Shown in pieces: positions 27,476 to 37,384 of a stretch of DNA of 43,264 nt. This DNA comes from a virus (taxonomy: Duplodnaviria > Caudoviricetes): IMG/VR virus record IMGVR_UViG_3300020718_000020, positions 1-43,264 of that record; one strand, 5' to 3'. The notes beneath the pieces were generated by a model. The model had not been told where the DNA came from. It did not search any database and worked only from the letters and a program-made list of their open reading frames with translations. Made by a program: the position numbers and the translations under genes. Positions within the stretch are counted from its first letter, which is position 1, and each line of letters starts with the position of its first letter.

Positions 27476-29098
27476 TTATAGTCCTCCGCCCATTCCTCCA
27501 ATTCCTCCCATGGCTCCCATCATATCGCTAGGTGGTTCCTTTGCCTTTTCAGCTTCTTTTCTAGCCTTTGCAGCTTCATTTGCAGCCTTATCATCCGGGT
27601 TAAGTTTAAGATACTTATCAACCAAGAAGTCCATATCAAAGTAAGACTCTTCTTCCATTGTCATTTGATTTGTAATCGTTAAATCACTGTGCATTTTTGA
27701 TATGAAATCCAATCTCTTCTCCATGATCTCCATTGTCTTCATTTCCGCAAACATGTTCTCTTCGTTGTATCGAAGTGCGATTTGAGTCTTAAATGCAGGA
27801 TCCTCTTTGAATTCAGGGAACTTCAAACACATTTGAATGTATAGAGGTTTAACCAAGATCTCTTGGAAAGAAGATCTTAAACGGTTAATAAATTTACCGA
27901 ACTTGATCTCATCTCTAATCATTCCATCTGCCGAGAATGATTCTTCTCCACCACCATCTTCAAATGCAAATCTATTGAAAGGAATTTTAGAAACGTGCTT
28001 TAATTTATCTGAGAAGTATTTTAATGCATCGGTATCATTAATTTCTGGACCTTCTCCACCTAATGTTTCAATTTCCGGTTGTTCACCATCTTTCGACGGT
28101 AACCAATATTCTTTATTAAATTGTAACATTGGCTTACCATTTGTGGTCAACTGACCTGAATCCCAGTTAAAGTCTACAACCTCCTTGTAATTGTTCATCA
28201 ATTGAGCTAACGATTGTTTTGCTCTGGTCTTTGATTTACCACCGACTGGTATGATGAACTTCATTCTATAAGAAGCATTTGTAACGGCCCAAATTACTCT
28301 GGTATGTTCCATTACCCTTAATAGGTTGAACGCTCTAATTAATCTTTCAACGTATGATATTCTGGATGCTGTAGTAATCGATGAGTAAGAGATGTAGATG
28401 ATCTGAGAATCATACAATTTTCTTTCTTTGATTGGATCGTCTTTAAATTGAATCCAAACTTTCTTACCATCCTCTTTGTTATATGCTGGAACCAATGTGA
28501 TTGGATCAATTTCTTTAAAACCAATAACCTCTGTCATTTCAGGGTTATAAATGATTTCAAATGCTAAGTAACCATCAATCAACCATTTTCTAAAGTAAAA
28601 CCATGCTGACTGATCTTGTGCAAATCCATAATATTGATAGATTTGTCTATATGCTTTGTTTAGATATTCATTAACTTCGGTTGAAACATCCAAGCCTATT
28701 AGAACTGGATATGCAATAAAGTTTTTATCATCATACACGATGGATTCATCACCAAGAATATCTAAGATGTCTTCAATTTCATCATACAGAGAAAATTGTC
28801 TTAACTCTTCTCTCTTTGATTTGTAGTTCATGTCGAAGAACGGAATGTTCTTTCTCATGTTGGTATCGGCCATAGATAGTGCAGCGAATGCACCATAAAT
28901 ATCATCCGAATCCACACCCATTAGGTTCATCTGGCCGTAACCAAACTGATCCTCCATCGGACCAATGGCTTGAGATTGCCTCAATACCAAATCGTCGTAA
29001 TACATACCAAAGGATGACAACTTTTTCAGTGTGTCACTTAAATTAAATGCTCTTCGATTTGTACTAAGAGGTCCGTTTCTTTCTATGAATCCAGCCAT
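27476..29098 (-). CDS. gp20: Portal protein (gp20-like)
   Basis: FRKWLIDG, SYVERLIRAFNLLRVME, EYWLP, EIETLGG, RDEIKFGKFINRLR. Confidence 0.95.
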   Translation of the reverse strand: MAGFIERNGPLSTNRRAFNLSDTLKKLSSFGMYYDDLVLRQSQAIGPMEDQFGYGQMNLMGVDSDDIYGAFAALSMADTNMRKNIPFFDMNYKSKREELRQFSLYDEIEDILDILGDESIVYDDKNFIAYPVLIGLDVSTEVNEYLNKAYRQIYQYYGFAQDQSAWFYFRKWLIDGYLAFEIIYNPEMTEVIGFKEIDPITLVPAYNKEDGKKVWIQFKDDPIKERKLYDSQIIYISYSSITTASRISYVERLIRAFNLLRVMEHTRVIWAVTNASYRMKFIIPVGGKSKTRAKQSLAQLMNNYKEVVDFNWDSGQLTTNGKPMLQFNKEYWLPSKDGEQPEIETLGGEGPEINDTDALKYFSDKLKHVSKIPFNRFAFEDGGGEESFSADGMIRDEIKFGKFINRLRSSFQEILVKPLYIQMCLKFPEFKEDPAFKTQIALRYNEENMFAEMKTMEIMEKRLDFISKMHSDLTITNQMTMEEESYFDMDFLVDKYLKLNPDDKAANEAAKARKEAEKAKEPPSDMMGAMGGIGGMGGGL

Positions 29099-29131
29099 AA
29101 CTTGCGTTTTTTTATCTAATTATATATTCAA

Positions 29132-29749
29132 TTACAATTTCTTCCTGTTAATATAATACTCTGCGAATAGTCTTCTAACTGCCCATACGGTAGATCCAAA
29201 GATCTTCGTAAAGTCACATAAAACTATGCGAGGCCAACTTTCGTAGCTTACCACTGTTTGGTTTCTTTTCCTCTTTACATTGTATCTTCTAACTGCAAAA
29301 CCATATCCGAATTTGTCCATGTACTTCTTGATATGATCGTATCTCATGTTCATTAGTGGTCTCTGATAGAATGCGTCATCTGGTTTTTGTTTTGTTGACA
29401 CGTCTATTGTTGATTCAAATGCTTTATAAAACGCATCTAAAAAGTCCTCTTTGAATTTAACTGGAAGCAAGTTTAAATTAACTCCGCAATCAGTTGTTTC
29501 ATTTATTGGACTTAACGCTAATACCACTGGTTTACGATCGAACCAATCCAATTCTTTTTCACCGATAGGATGGACATAATCAAAAACATAGATCTTTCCT
29601 GGTTTAAATGGCTTCGCGGTTGGAGTAACATCTTTTTGTTTCCTGTCCTTAAGTCCTTCTCTGAACCATTCCTCAGAAATCATCCTTGCCTTCTTTTTAT
29701 CTCCGGCTTCTTTGATTAATACCTTTATTTGTTGTTTAATGTAACCCAT
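29132..29749 (-). CDS. gp2: DNA end protector protein (gp2-like)
   Basis: PGKIYVFDY...LDWFDRKPVVL...GVNLNLLP...AVRRY. Confidence 0.8.
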   Translation of the reverse strand: MGYIKQQIKVLIKEAGDKKKARMISEEWFREGLKDRKQKDVTPTAKPFKPGKIYVFDYVHPIGEKELDWFDRKPVVLALSPINETTDCGVNLNLLPVKFKEDFLDAFYKAFESTIDVSTKQKPDDAFYQRPLMNMRYDHIKKYMDKFGYGFAVRRYNVKRKRNQTVVSYESWPRIVLCDFTKIFGSTVWAVRRLFAEYYINRKKL

Positions 29750-29815
29750 TTATATTTTTTACAATTTTCAAAATGATATCTTTTCATATTATTGGTTATC
29801 AAATAAATGTACATT

Positions 29816-30301
29816 TTATTTTAAATTTTTTATTGAATCTTCTGTTAATACTATAAATCCCCATTCTCTGCTCTTGCAATATGCTTTTGCAGCTACATAT
29901 TTATCCATATTCTTAACGTATTGTTCGGCTAAAAACTTATAGGAATCAATTGCCTTCTTTGAATTTTTCTTAGGAGGCTCTGGTTTCATTAATTGTTGTT
30001 TTGGTTTAATTTCAACAATGAATTCTTTGACCTTTCCATCATCTTGTTGTACCCTAATATAAAAATCAGGATTGTATGTATGGATCTTCTGGTCTTTTCT
30101 ATAAAGATATTCTATTTCAACTGGTTCACTAGACCATAATAACACCAATGGATTAGAATCGCACCATATCATAAACTTACGTTCCCATGAAGATCTGTAG
30201 ATAATAGGAGTACTTCCAGCATATTTTTCTGGATTTACTGGATTGTAATAACCTTGATTGAATCCAGACTTCTTCGTGGGTCTAACATTTTTTATTGACA
30301 T
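29816..30301 (-). CDS. gp4: Head completion nuclease (gp4-like, TnsA-type fold)
   Basis: NPEKY, YRSSWE, WSSEP, YNPDFY, VEIKP. Confidence 0.9.
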   Translation of the reverse strand: MSIKNVRPTKKSGFNQGYYNPVNPEKYAGSTPIIYRSSWERKFMIWCDSNPLVLLWSSEPVEIEYLYRKDQKIHTYNPDFYIRVQQDDGKVKEFIVEIKPKQQLMKPEPPKKNSKKAIDSYKFLAEQYVKNMDKYVAAKAYCKSREWGFIVLTEDSIKNLK

Positions 30302-30696
30302 TATAGACTATAGATTCCGGAATCACCATCTTCTCCTCCTCTACCAGCTCGATCAAGAGATAATGTTCCTTTGTATTTTTCTGGATGTAGTTGATTCCAA
30401 CCCTTTGCATAACCCTTCTTTGCAATTTCTGTAAAGTACGCAAATGCATTGGTATATTTAGGATTAAAGCTTCTCCAATATCTTAACAGATCTAAAATAC
30501 CGAATTGTAGACAATCTTCTCGATCTTTATCATCAACGTATTTCATTTTGTTGATTGTCTTTTGGGCCAATAGGATTAACATCTTTTCGGCGTCTCTTGT
30601 TAACTTATCTTGTTCTTTTGATTTAACGATTTCTGCGTAAAAATCAGGATTATTCAGATAGTTCTTTTTGCGGGGTGCTTTTTTAATTTCGCTCAC
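30301..30696 (-). CDS. gp55: Late-transcription sigma factor (gp55-like)
   Basis: NYLNN...DREDC...FNPKYTNAFAYFTEI. GTG start. Confidence 0.85.
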   Translation of the reverse strand: MSEIKKAPRKKNYLNNPDFYAEIVKSKEQDKLTRDAEKMLILLAQKTINKMKYVDDKDREDCLQFGILDLLRYWRSFNPKYTNAFAYFTEIAKKGYAKGWNQLHPEKYKGTLSLDRAGRGGEDGDSGIYSL

Positions 30697-30716
30697 AATT
30701 ATTGTTCTTTTGTTTT

Positions 30717-30745
30717 ATTATATACAAAATGTTGAAACTGTTTAA
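30717..30745 (-). promoter_or_regulatory. Promoter TTAAACA-N16-TATAAT upstream of gp55
   Basis: Recurrent motif with fixed 16-nt spacing. Confidence 0.6.
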
Positions 30746-30750
30746 ATTAC

Positions 30751-30774
30751 AAAAGGGACCGATTGGTCCCTTTT
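30751..30774. terminator. Rho-independent terminator (symmetric)
   Basis: AAAAGGGACC-GATT-GGTCCCTTTT. Confidence 0.8.
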
Positions 30775-30798
30775 AGTTTTATGAGTATTTAAAAATGA

Positions 30799-31566
30799 TT
30801 ATGCTTCTAAAGCTGCAATCTTGCCTTCCCATACTTTGATTTCATCTGAAATTAAGTTATCAGCCTCTTTAATCTCTGCAACAGATTTGTTTGCTCCTGA
30901 GATAACTTCTCTTTGATCTTTTAAGAATGCGATCATCGATTCAAATTGATTTCTTTGTTCTTTGATTTGAGCCAATTTAGCGCTTTCACCTTCTAACATG
31001 TTAAATAAGAAAGATGATGCATCTTCACCAGTTTCTTTGCTAACGTATTCTAAAGCCTCGTTTGCATTCTTAGCTTCAAAGAATCTTGTAATTTTATTTG
31101 AATTGTTGTATCTTGAAACGAAAATATTACCTTCAGCTTTAATTAAGCTAACGATTGAATCTTTACCTTCAAATGTTGCAACGAAATCTAATACTAAGAA
31201 TTTGTCTTTGCTTAATAAAGTAGGGATGCTTTCGAATAATTCTGCTGCTTTAACATTTTCATATCTAATTGCTCCTGCCGCTAAAATATGCTTGGAGAAA
31301 GATTCATCTAAAATGTTTGAGTTACCCCAAAAGAATTTGTTTTCAGCTAAATTGTATGTAAATCTAGAAGAACCATGGTACCATCTAACTATGTCGGTAC
31401 CAAATTCGAATGATTCAAATGCACTGATAGCATTGTAAAAATCTGCGTCTTGGATTTGCTCTAATTCACTTACTTGATTTCCGGTCAATTCGAATACTCT
31501 TTTATTTAGATAAAATTGTATTGCATTCTCAGAAATATGTACTGGTGCAAGAATGTTTGTTTTCAT
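30799..31566 (-). CDS. Hypothetical late protein
   Basis: 255-aa ORF with its own GATATATA box (31594-31601) and a downstream terminator. Confidence 0.75.
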   Translation of the reverse strand: MKTNILAPVHISENAIQFYLNKRVFELTGNQVSELEQIQDADFYNAISAFESFEFGTDIVRWYHGSSRFTYNLAENKFFWGNSNILDESFSKHILAAGAIRYENVKAAELFESIPTLLSKDKFLVLDFVATFEGKDSIVSLIKAEGNIFVSRYNNSNKITRFFEAKNANEALEYVSKETGEDASSFLFNMLEGESAKLAQIKEQRNQFESMIAFLKDQREVISGANKSVAEIKEADNLISDEIKVWEGKIAALEA

Positions 31567-31607
31567 TTTTTATATGTTTTTTTATGCTTTGACTATATAT
31601 CCTTATA

Positions 31608-32480
31608 TTATGGAGTGTTTTGGTTGTCTAAGATCGATTGATTATTATCCTGTTGCGGAAGAGATGTTACCGCAGATCCCAGAGATGCTTGATTAATAAC
31701 ACCGGTATCTCCTTGGGATGGATTTAATCCTACGAAAGTAGCTTGATTTTGATTTGTAACCGTAAGATCAATTGTAAACATTCTATTACCGGCATGCAAT
31801 TCGGTATCGAACTCGAATACTGGTAGGAAAGTATTTACTTGGATTTCAAAGGTTAATTTATATCTGCCTTTATCGTCGTATGTGTATTCTATCGGACGAT
31901 CATTTGTATAGTCATCTGGCAGAGCGTAATAAGATGCAATCTTATATGTACCTTCACTTAGATGACCGACTTCAACATAGAAATAATTTGATTTGTACAA
32001 TTTCTTTAAGATCATTTCGGTAATCTTCAAAGAATCCAATTGAGAGCTAACCATGATATCGATGTCCATTGCCATCGTAACTGGAATCATCATGAATTCT
32101 GCGGTATAACTTTGCATTGCACCCTGATCATCCAACTTAGAATAATTTCCTCTAATTCTTTTATTTACCAATTTCGCAGATTCAATATTAATTGAAGTTA
32201 AATTTGCAACTCCTCTTGGTACTCTATCATAATTACCGTCGGCTGGAGTTCCATCTGGACTGCAGTTGGCTCCGTCTGGAGTTGAGAATAAGAAATTGTC
32301 TCTTAGAAATTGATCATCTCCGGTTACCGAATAATAAAAGGGTACATCGATTGCAACCCTGGTCTTATTATCCATCTGTCGATAGAAATAAACCTTGTTG
32401 TTTAAATCAGCCAATAGACCAATTATTACGTGACGGATCACGCTATCATCGAAATTATATTGTGTGTTATACGAAGCCAT
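31608..32480 (-). CDS. gp15: Tail terminator / sheath stabiliser (gp15-like)
   Basis: IRHVII.L...N, VPFYY, VPRG, MIPVTM..DI.I, QLDSLKITEMIL. Confidence 0.7.
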   Translation of the reverse strand: MASYNTQYNFDDSVIRHVIIGLLADLNNKVYFYRQMDNKTRVAIDVPFYYSVTGDDQFLRDNFLFSTPDGANCSPDGTPADGNYDRVPRGVANLTSINIESAKLVNKRIRGNYSKLDDQGAMQSYTAEFMMIPVTMAMDIDIMVSSQLDSLKITEMILKKLYKSNYFYVEVGHLSEGTYKIASYYALPDDYTNDRPIEYTYDDKGRYKLTFEIQVNTFLPVFEFDTELHAGNRMFTIDLTVTNQNQATFVGLNPSQGDTGVINQASLGSAVTSLPQQDNNQSILDNQNTP

Positions 32481-32496
32481 AATTAGTTTATATATT

Positions 32497-34170
32497 TTAA
32501 TCTATGGCCTCAACTTCAAATTTAGAGAAACCATTATCTCTATAGATCTGTAACTTCTTATCAAATATTTCATGGGGCAACGTACTGTGATTAATTACAA
32601 ATGTATTAATTTTGCTCTCCTTGATCACTTGACTTAAGATCTTTAAGATATTATATATACCGTCCTGATCTACAGAACTTAATAACTCATCCAAAAATAA
32701 CAGGTTCAATTGAGGGAATCTCAGCTTAAGGATCTTTATGATCGCGATAATGATAATAAAGTCGGCTTTTTTACGCTCACCAGTTGAAAGGGTCATTGCG
32801 TTAATCTCTTGTCCTAAATGCGTGATGACGCAATCGAATTTATCATTGAATTTGATTTGAAATGGAATGTGCATAGTTTGTGACATTGCGCTGATATTTG
32901 CATTTAAACCAGGCAAGATAGTTTTAACTGCCAAGTTCTTTACTCCATCCTCTCCTAAAACATCTTCAACTATTTCTAAGAATGCATAATCTCCAGCATA
33001 ATTATCTTTTTGAGATCCCGTTGCCTGTTCTTTTGCCTGAAAGTCTTCAATGATTTGTTTCATGTGATCGAACTGTTCGGTACCTTCCATACCTTCTTTG
33101 ATCTGTAACAATTCATTCTTTAGGTTTCTAATGTTCACATTCAATGAAGATACCTTATCCAAAACTTGGGTCTCTTTGCTTCTTAATTCTGCGATCGAAA
33201 CTCCAATAGCATCAACTATTACCTTTGATTCGCTAATCCTTTCTGGCATCGTAGAAACTTTGGTTGAAATCTGATCTTTACGATGCTGATGAAAATCTGT
33301 TGTTAATGGAGATTCACATGTTGGACATGTTCCACTCTCGTATAACTCAAGTTTCTTTTTTAATTCAGCCATTTCGTAAACCATTTTATTGTAAGATGCT
33401 TTATTGATTTCTAAATCTTTAGATTTCAACTGCATGTTGTCAACTATCTTTTCCTTAGCGTCCTCAAGTTTCTTTTTATTGGTATCAAAGGTAATCAATC
33501 TTTGTTTTAATTCTTGAATCTTTTCCTTATTCTTTTGATTTGACTCTGCTAATAATTGATTTAACTTTAATTGAACTGAAGTAATGTTTTCGCCGATCTG
33601 TTTTAAGTCCCTTTCATAAGAATCTAAATCAATCTTTAAATTCTTTCTCTCCTCTTTGATTGCCTTTTGCATATCATTCAAGATGGAGAACCCAAACATC
33701 CTATCGATAATTTGTTTCTTATCGTTAGGAGACATCGTTAAGAATGATTTAAAATCATTTACCGACAATATGATGATATTTTTGAAAACGTGATATGGAA
33801 TTCCGTAAACTTCTTCCTCTAAGTAATCTTGAACTGACTTTTTACCAGCCTTATCAAATTCGATTCCATTCAATAGAACTTTAAAATACGAAGGAGAGAG
33901 TCCTCGCTCAATTACAACTTCAATATTTTTACATTGTACATGCACTCGTACCATTAGGTTCTTATTGATCCTATTTGGAAGCTCATTCATTTTAACACCA
34001 TCCAATTTGCCATACAGCGCAAAAACAATTGCATTGGCAATCGAAGTTTTGCCATCTCCATTCTTACCCAATACCAAAAAAAGTTCAGCATTGTTCTCAG
34101 TAAAGACCAATTTCTGAACCTTATTTCCGTATGAGGCAAAATTCTTAAGCTCTATTGATTTTATTTGCAT
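32497..34170 (-). CDS. gp46: Recombination ATPase gp46 (SbcC/Rad50-like)
   Basis: KNFASYGN, Walker A GKNGDGKT, zinc hook CPTC, signature LSTGE, FLDE, INH. Confidence 0.95.
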   Translation of the reverse strand: MQIKSIELKNFASYGNKVQKLVFTENNAELFLVLGKNGDGKTSIANAIVFALYGKLDGVKMNELPNRINKNLMVRVHVQCKNIEVVIERGLSPSYFKVLLNGIEFDKAGKKSVQDYLEEEVYGIPYHVFKNIIILSVNDFKSFLTMSPNDKKQIIDRMFGFSILNDMQKAIKEERKNLKIDLDSYERDLKQIGENITSVQLKLNQLLAESNQKNKEKIQELKQRLITFDTNKKKLEDAKEKIVDNMQLKSKDLEINKASYNKMVYEMAELKKKLELYESGTCPTCESPLTTDFHQHRKDQISTKVSTMPERISESKVIVDAIGVSIAELRSKETQVLDKVSSLNVNIRNLKNELLQIKEGMEGTEQFDHMKQIIEDFQAKEQATGSQKDNYAGDYAFLEIVEDVLGEDGVKNLAVKTILPGLNANISAMSQTMHIPFQIKFNDKFDCVITHLGQEINAMTLSTGERKKADFIIIIAIIKILKLRFPQLNLLFLDELLSSVDQDGIYNILKILSQVIKESKINTFVINHSTLPHEIFDKKLQIYRDNGFSKFEVEAID

Positions 34171-34177
34171 ATCCTGT

Positions 34178-35293
34178 CTATTGTTCTAAGTCGTAATTGT
34201 AAGCACACTTATCGTGTATTAGTTTTAAGCGACTCTTCAACTTTTGTTTCATTTCATCATCATGGCCTAGACCATCAATGTATAAATTACAAAGATGAAT
34301 GATATTATAATTTTTGTATAGATCTTCAATTTGATCCATATCATACAAATCCTTATCGATCAGGTTATCGTCCTCATAGATATTCGGATCGATCTTTCTT
34401 GAATCTTTTTGTACCTTATTGATTAGTTTAGAGAGCGCACTTGAAGTTGCAATCTTTGCAGGTACGTATAAATCTACGAAATTGTTTTTGATTTGTTTTC
34501 TAAACTCTTCAAGAGGAGTCATATATAAACTCTTCAAATTAAATTTTAAAAACCTAGGTGATACTTCATTTTGAAAGAATGTCTCTTCCATTGTTTCTAA
34601 ATCTACAAGATCGAACCCTTTTTTATTTCCGGAATCGGAACGTGTAAGCTCGTATGGAGTACCAACCAATCTTAATTTGCCCTTTTGCTGACGATAGTGA
34701 ATGTGTCCTGAATAAACTGCAGAATAATTATTGTAATTATCAATATCGATTCCATGTTGGTTTTTCACCTTTGAATTCAAAGATACACCATTTACTTCAG
34801 AGTGACAAAATACGATGTTAGTGCTTGGGTGTTTTGCAAGAGTTTCAATCTCATGTGTGGTATCTCTTCTCCAAGGCATTAACAAGATGTTCTTGTCTCC
34901 CCACTTGTATGTTTTAGTCTTTTTATAAACCTGAACATTTGGAATCCATTTTAAGGTATCAATAGAACTTACTTCGTTTGATTTCTTTGCCCAAATATCG
35001 TGGTTACCGCATATTACATGAACTGGTAAAATCTTACCAAGTCTCTCAAACAATTCGATCGAATAATGTAGGATCTTTAGGTTGACACTTTGTCTATTAT
35101 CAAATACATCACCAACCTGAACTAACACATCACCCGGTTGAACCTCTCTTTCAAGAGTTGGTATGAAAACCTTTTCAAAAAATTCTTGTTGTATTTCTAA
35201 CCATTCAATAGAATTAGATCTAACACCAAAGTGTAGGTCACCTAAGACCCACACTCTTTTTACCGGTTGCTTTAATATTTTTTCATCAATCAT
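34178..35293 (-). CDS. gp47: Recombination nuclease gp47 (SbcD/Mre11-like)
   Basis: GDLHFG, GDVFD, GNHD, SGHIH. Confidence 0.95.
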   Translation of the reverse strand: MIDEKILKQPVKRVWVLGDLHFGVRSNSIEWLEIQQEFFEKVFIPTLEREVQPGDVLVQVGDVFDNRQSVNLKILHYSIELFERLGKILPVHVICGNHDIWAKKSNEVSSIDTLKWIPNVQVYKKTKTYKWGDKNILLMPWRRDTTHEIETLAKHPSTNIVFCHSEVNGVSLNSKVKNQHGIDIDNYNNYSAVYSGHIHYRQQKGKLRLVGTPYELTRSDSGNKKGFDLVDLETMEETFFQNEVSPRFLKFNLKSLYMTPLEEFRKQIKNNFVDLYVPAKIATSSALSKLINKVQKDSRKIDPNIYEDDNLIDKDLYDMDQIEDLYKNYNIIHLCNLYIDGLGHDDEMKQKLKSRLKLIHDKCAYNYDLEQ

Positions 35294-35754
35294 TAGAATA
35301 ATCGATTTATTTTTTTACGTCTTAATATTTTCGTCCTATTATCTAGGGCTTGAATTAAATCATCTTTAAATTTATTACTTAAAGAAGTGTAGAATTTACT
35401 GGAATTGATATTAAAATAATCAGCAGTTTCTGCGAATATTTCGATTAATGAATATTTTGCATGTAATTCTGTAGAAACAAATTCATAAATCTCATTAATA
35501 TCTAACTTCTTTAATTTTTTTGATTCAGCCAAATCGTCTAAATCATTAAAAGATTTAAATCGAGATGTTAAAATCAGAGCATGAATATCTCTTCTTACCA
35601 TATCAAGATGGATCTTTTCTTCTTCATCAATATTATCAAAATATTGTGGTGATATTTGAAACGATATACTGGTATCAAGATCAAATGATTGATCTTCAAA
35701 AGTATTTTCAAATATCTTATCTCTGGTGCGTGGCGTTGGAGTACCTGGTATCAT
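35293..35754 (-). CDS. Hypothetical protein
   Basis: Likely start is ATG 35754, just after the helicase stop. The ORF track start at 35793 overlaps the helicase. Confidence 0.65.
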   Translation of the reverse strand: MIPGTPTPRTRDKIFENTFEDQSFDLDTSISFQISPQYFDNIDEEEKIHLDMVRRDIHALILTSRFKSFNDLDDLAESKKLKKLDINEIYEFVSTELHAKYSLIEIFAETADYFNINSSKFYTSLSNKFKDDLIQALDNRTKILRRKKINRLF

Positions 35755-35758
35755 ATCT

Positions 35759-37066
35759 TTATAATTGATGTATGTTTGAATTGCTAATGTCATCCGTTTC
35801 TGTTAATCGCATGAATTGATAATTGATGTTTAATTTACATTTAACACCTCTACCTTCTCCATCTCTGATCTTTAAGATCTTCAACCAATATTCGTACCCT
35901 GCTCTCATGATGTCATCTTGAATAATACCGAGCATCACATCGGCAGTATGTGAAAGACCTGCAGATTCTGCAACGTCGGTTAAAGTAATGTCGCTTGAGT
36001 TATAACCACTTCTTGTGATCTGTGTTGCAGTTACAATCAACCATTTATTTCTAACACCCATTGCTCTTAAATCCTCTGCGATCTGTTTGATCTTTAAGTA
36101 AGTATTCTCCGAGTTTGGATTTCTATAGTTTGATAGGATATTAATATAATCGATGACTACGGCTCCTAATTTGATCTTCTTCTCCTCTTCGATCTGTTTA
36201 AGATATGCTTCGATATCCGGCACGGTTGCTTGCGATGTTGGAAATTGTTTTACAAATAAGTTTCCTGGAGGTGTTAAACCATCACCAACCATTTCTAATC
36301 TTCGAGCAACATATTCTCCACTCTTGGATTTTTCATCGTAATCTTGCATCGGTATCGATAACAAATTAGATCCGATACGTTTCATGAATTTATAAGCTGA
36401 CATCTCCGCGGTAATAACTGCGGTATTGGTACCCATCTTCACGAAATTTGCCGCATCATTTGCCAAGAAGATGGATTTACCGATATTTTGTTCACCAACA
36501 TAAACTGTCAGAGTACCATCTTTATCGTATCCACCACCTAAAGCTCTATCTAAGAAGTTATAACCCGTTGAGAATTTGGCAACTCCAGTTTGAACGTGAT
36601 CTGATGCATTGAAGAAATCCAATCCCAAATCAGAATTGAACACCAGTGAATTCCTATCATTGATTAACGATTTAACTTTACCAATTATGTCATCAACATT
36701 CTCAGGATTTACCTTTGTTGTTTTAATGTACTCAATTGTATCAATTAACGTGGTGTCAAAGTTTCTCCACTTGATCCAAGACTCTGCAGTACTTAATAAC
36801 CAATCTTCATCGTACTGTGTTAGATCTGCGGCATAAATAACATCAATAATATCAGGGTCTACTTTACTATTTGATTTTTGAATCAATAATTTCATTTGAT
36901 CTGGCGAAGGAGTCTCATGAAATTTATCATAAAACTTCGATGCCAAATAATGAAGTACATCAATTTCTTCACTAGTGTAGAATCCTTTCTTAATTAGACC
37001 TAAGTACTTTGTTTTTTGCAAAGACAACTTAAAGAATATTTTCTCAAAATCTTGTCCGAATTTCAT
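35759..37066 (-). CDS. gp41: Replicative DNA helicase (gp41 / DnaB-like)
   Basis: Walker A GEQNIGKS, TAEM, KQFPT, IDYINI, TATQITR, AESAGL, KIRDG. Confidence 0.95.
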   Translation of the reverse strand: MKFGQDFEKIFFKLSLQKTKYLGLIKKGFYTSEEIDVLHYLASKFYDKFHETPSPDQMKLLIQKSNSKVDPDIIDVIYAADLTQYDEDWLLSTAESWIKWRNFDTTLIDTIEYIKTTKVNPENVDDIIGKVKSLINDRNSLVFNSDLGLDFFNASDHVQTGVAKFSTGYNFLDRALGGGYDKDGTLTVYVGEQNIGKSIFLANDAANFVKMGTNTAVITAEMSAYKFMKRIGSNLLSIPMQDYDEKSKSGEYVARRLEMVGDGLTPPGNLFVKQFPTSQATVPDIEAYLKQIEEEKKIKLGAVVIDYINILSNYRNPNSENTYLKIKQIAEDLRAMGVRNKWLIVTATQITRSGYNSSDITLTDVAESAGLSHTADVMLGIIQDDIMRAGYEYWLKILKIRDGEGRGVKCKLNINYQFMRLTETDDISNSNIHQL

Positions 37067-37383
37067 TACGCGAATGGGTTTAAAATTATTCTATAGGATT
37101 CTTTGCCTTCAGTTTCATTTGTGCATTCAATAAGTCCTAATTCGATTGCTCGCTTAAGACCTGCTTCAATGGTTTCAATTGATGAATCTACTGCCTCGTA
37201 TTTAATAATACTATGCTTTGTAAATGCATCTCCCCATCGATCAGGTTGTTTTATTGCACGGTTGATATAAATGTATACAATATCAAATGCATCGGGAAAA
37301 GCTTCAAATTCTCTTTCAATACCTAAGATGTATTTGATTGGAAGCTTTTCCTCGACGATTCGAAGTACTTCGGTGTTACTCAT
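37066..37383 (-). CDS. Hypothetical protein (possible winged helix)
   Basis: 105 aa, coupled to the helicase gene. C-terminal GLKRAIELGLIE...YRI. Confidence 0.65.
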   Translation of the reverse strand: MSNTEVLRIVEEKLPIKYILGIEREFEAFPDAFDIVYIYINRAIKQPDRWGDAFTKHSIIKYEAVDSSIETIEAGLKRAIELGLIECTNETEGKESYRIILNPFA

Positions 37384-37384
37384 T

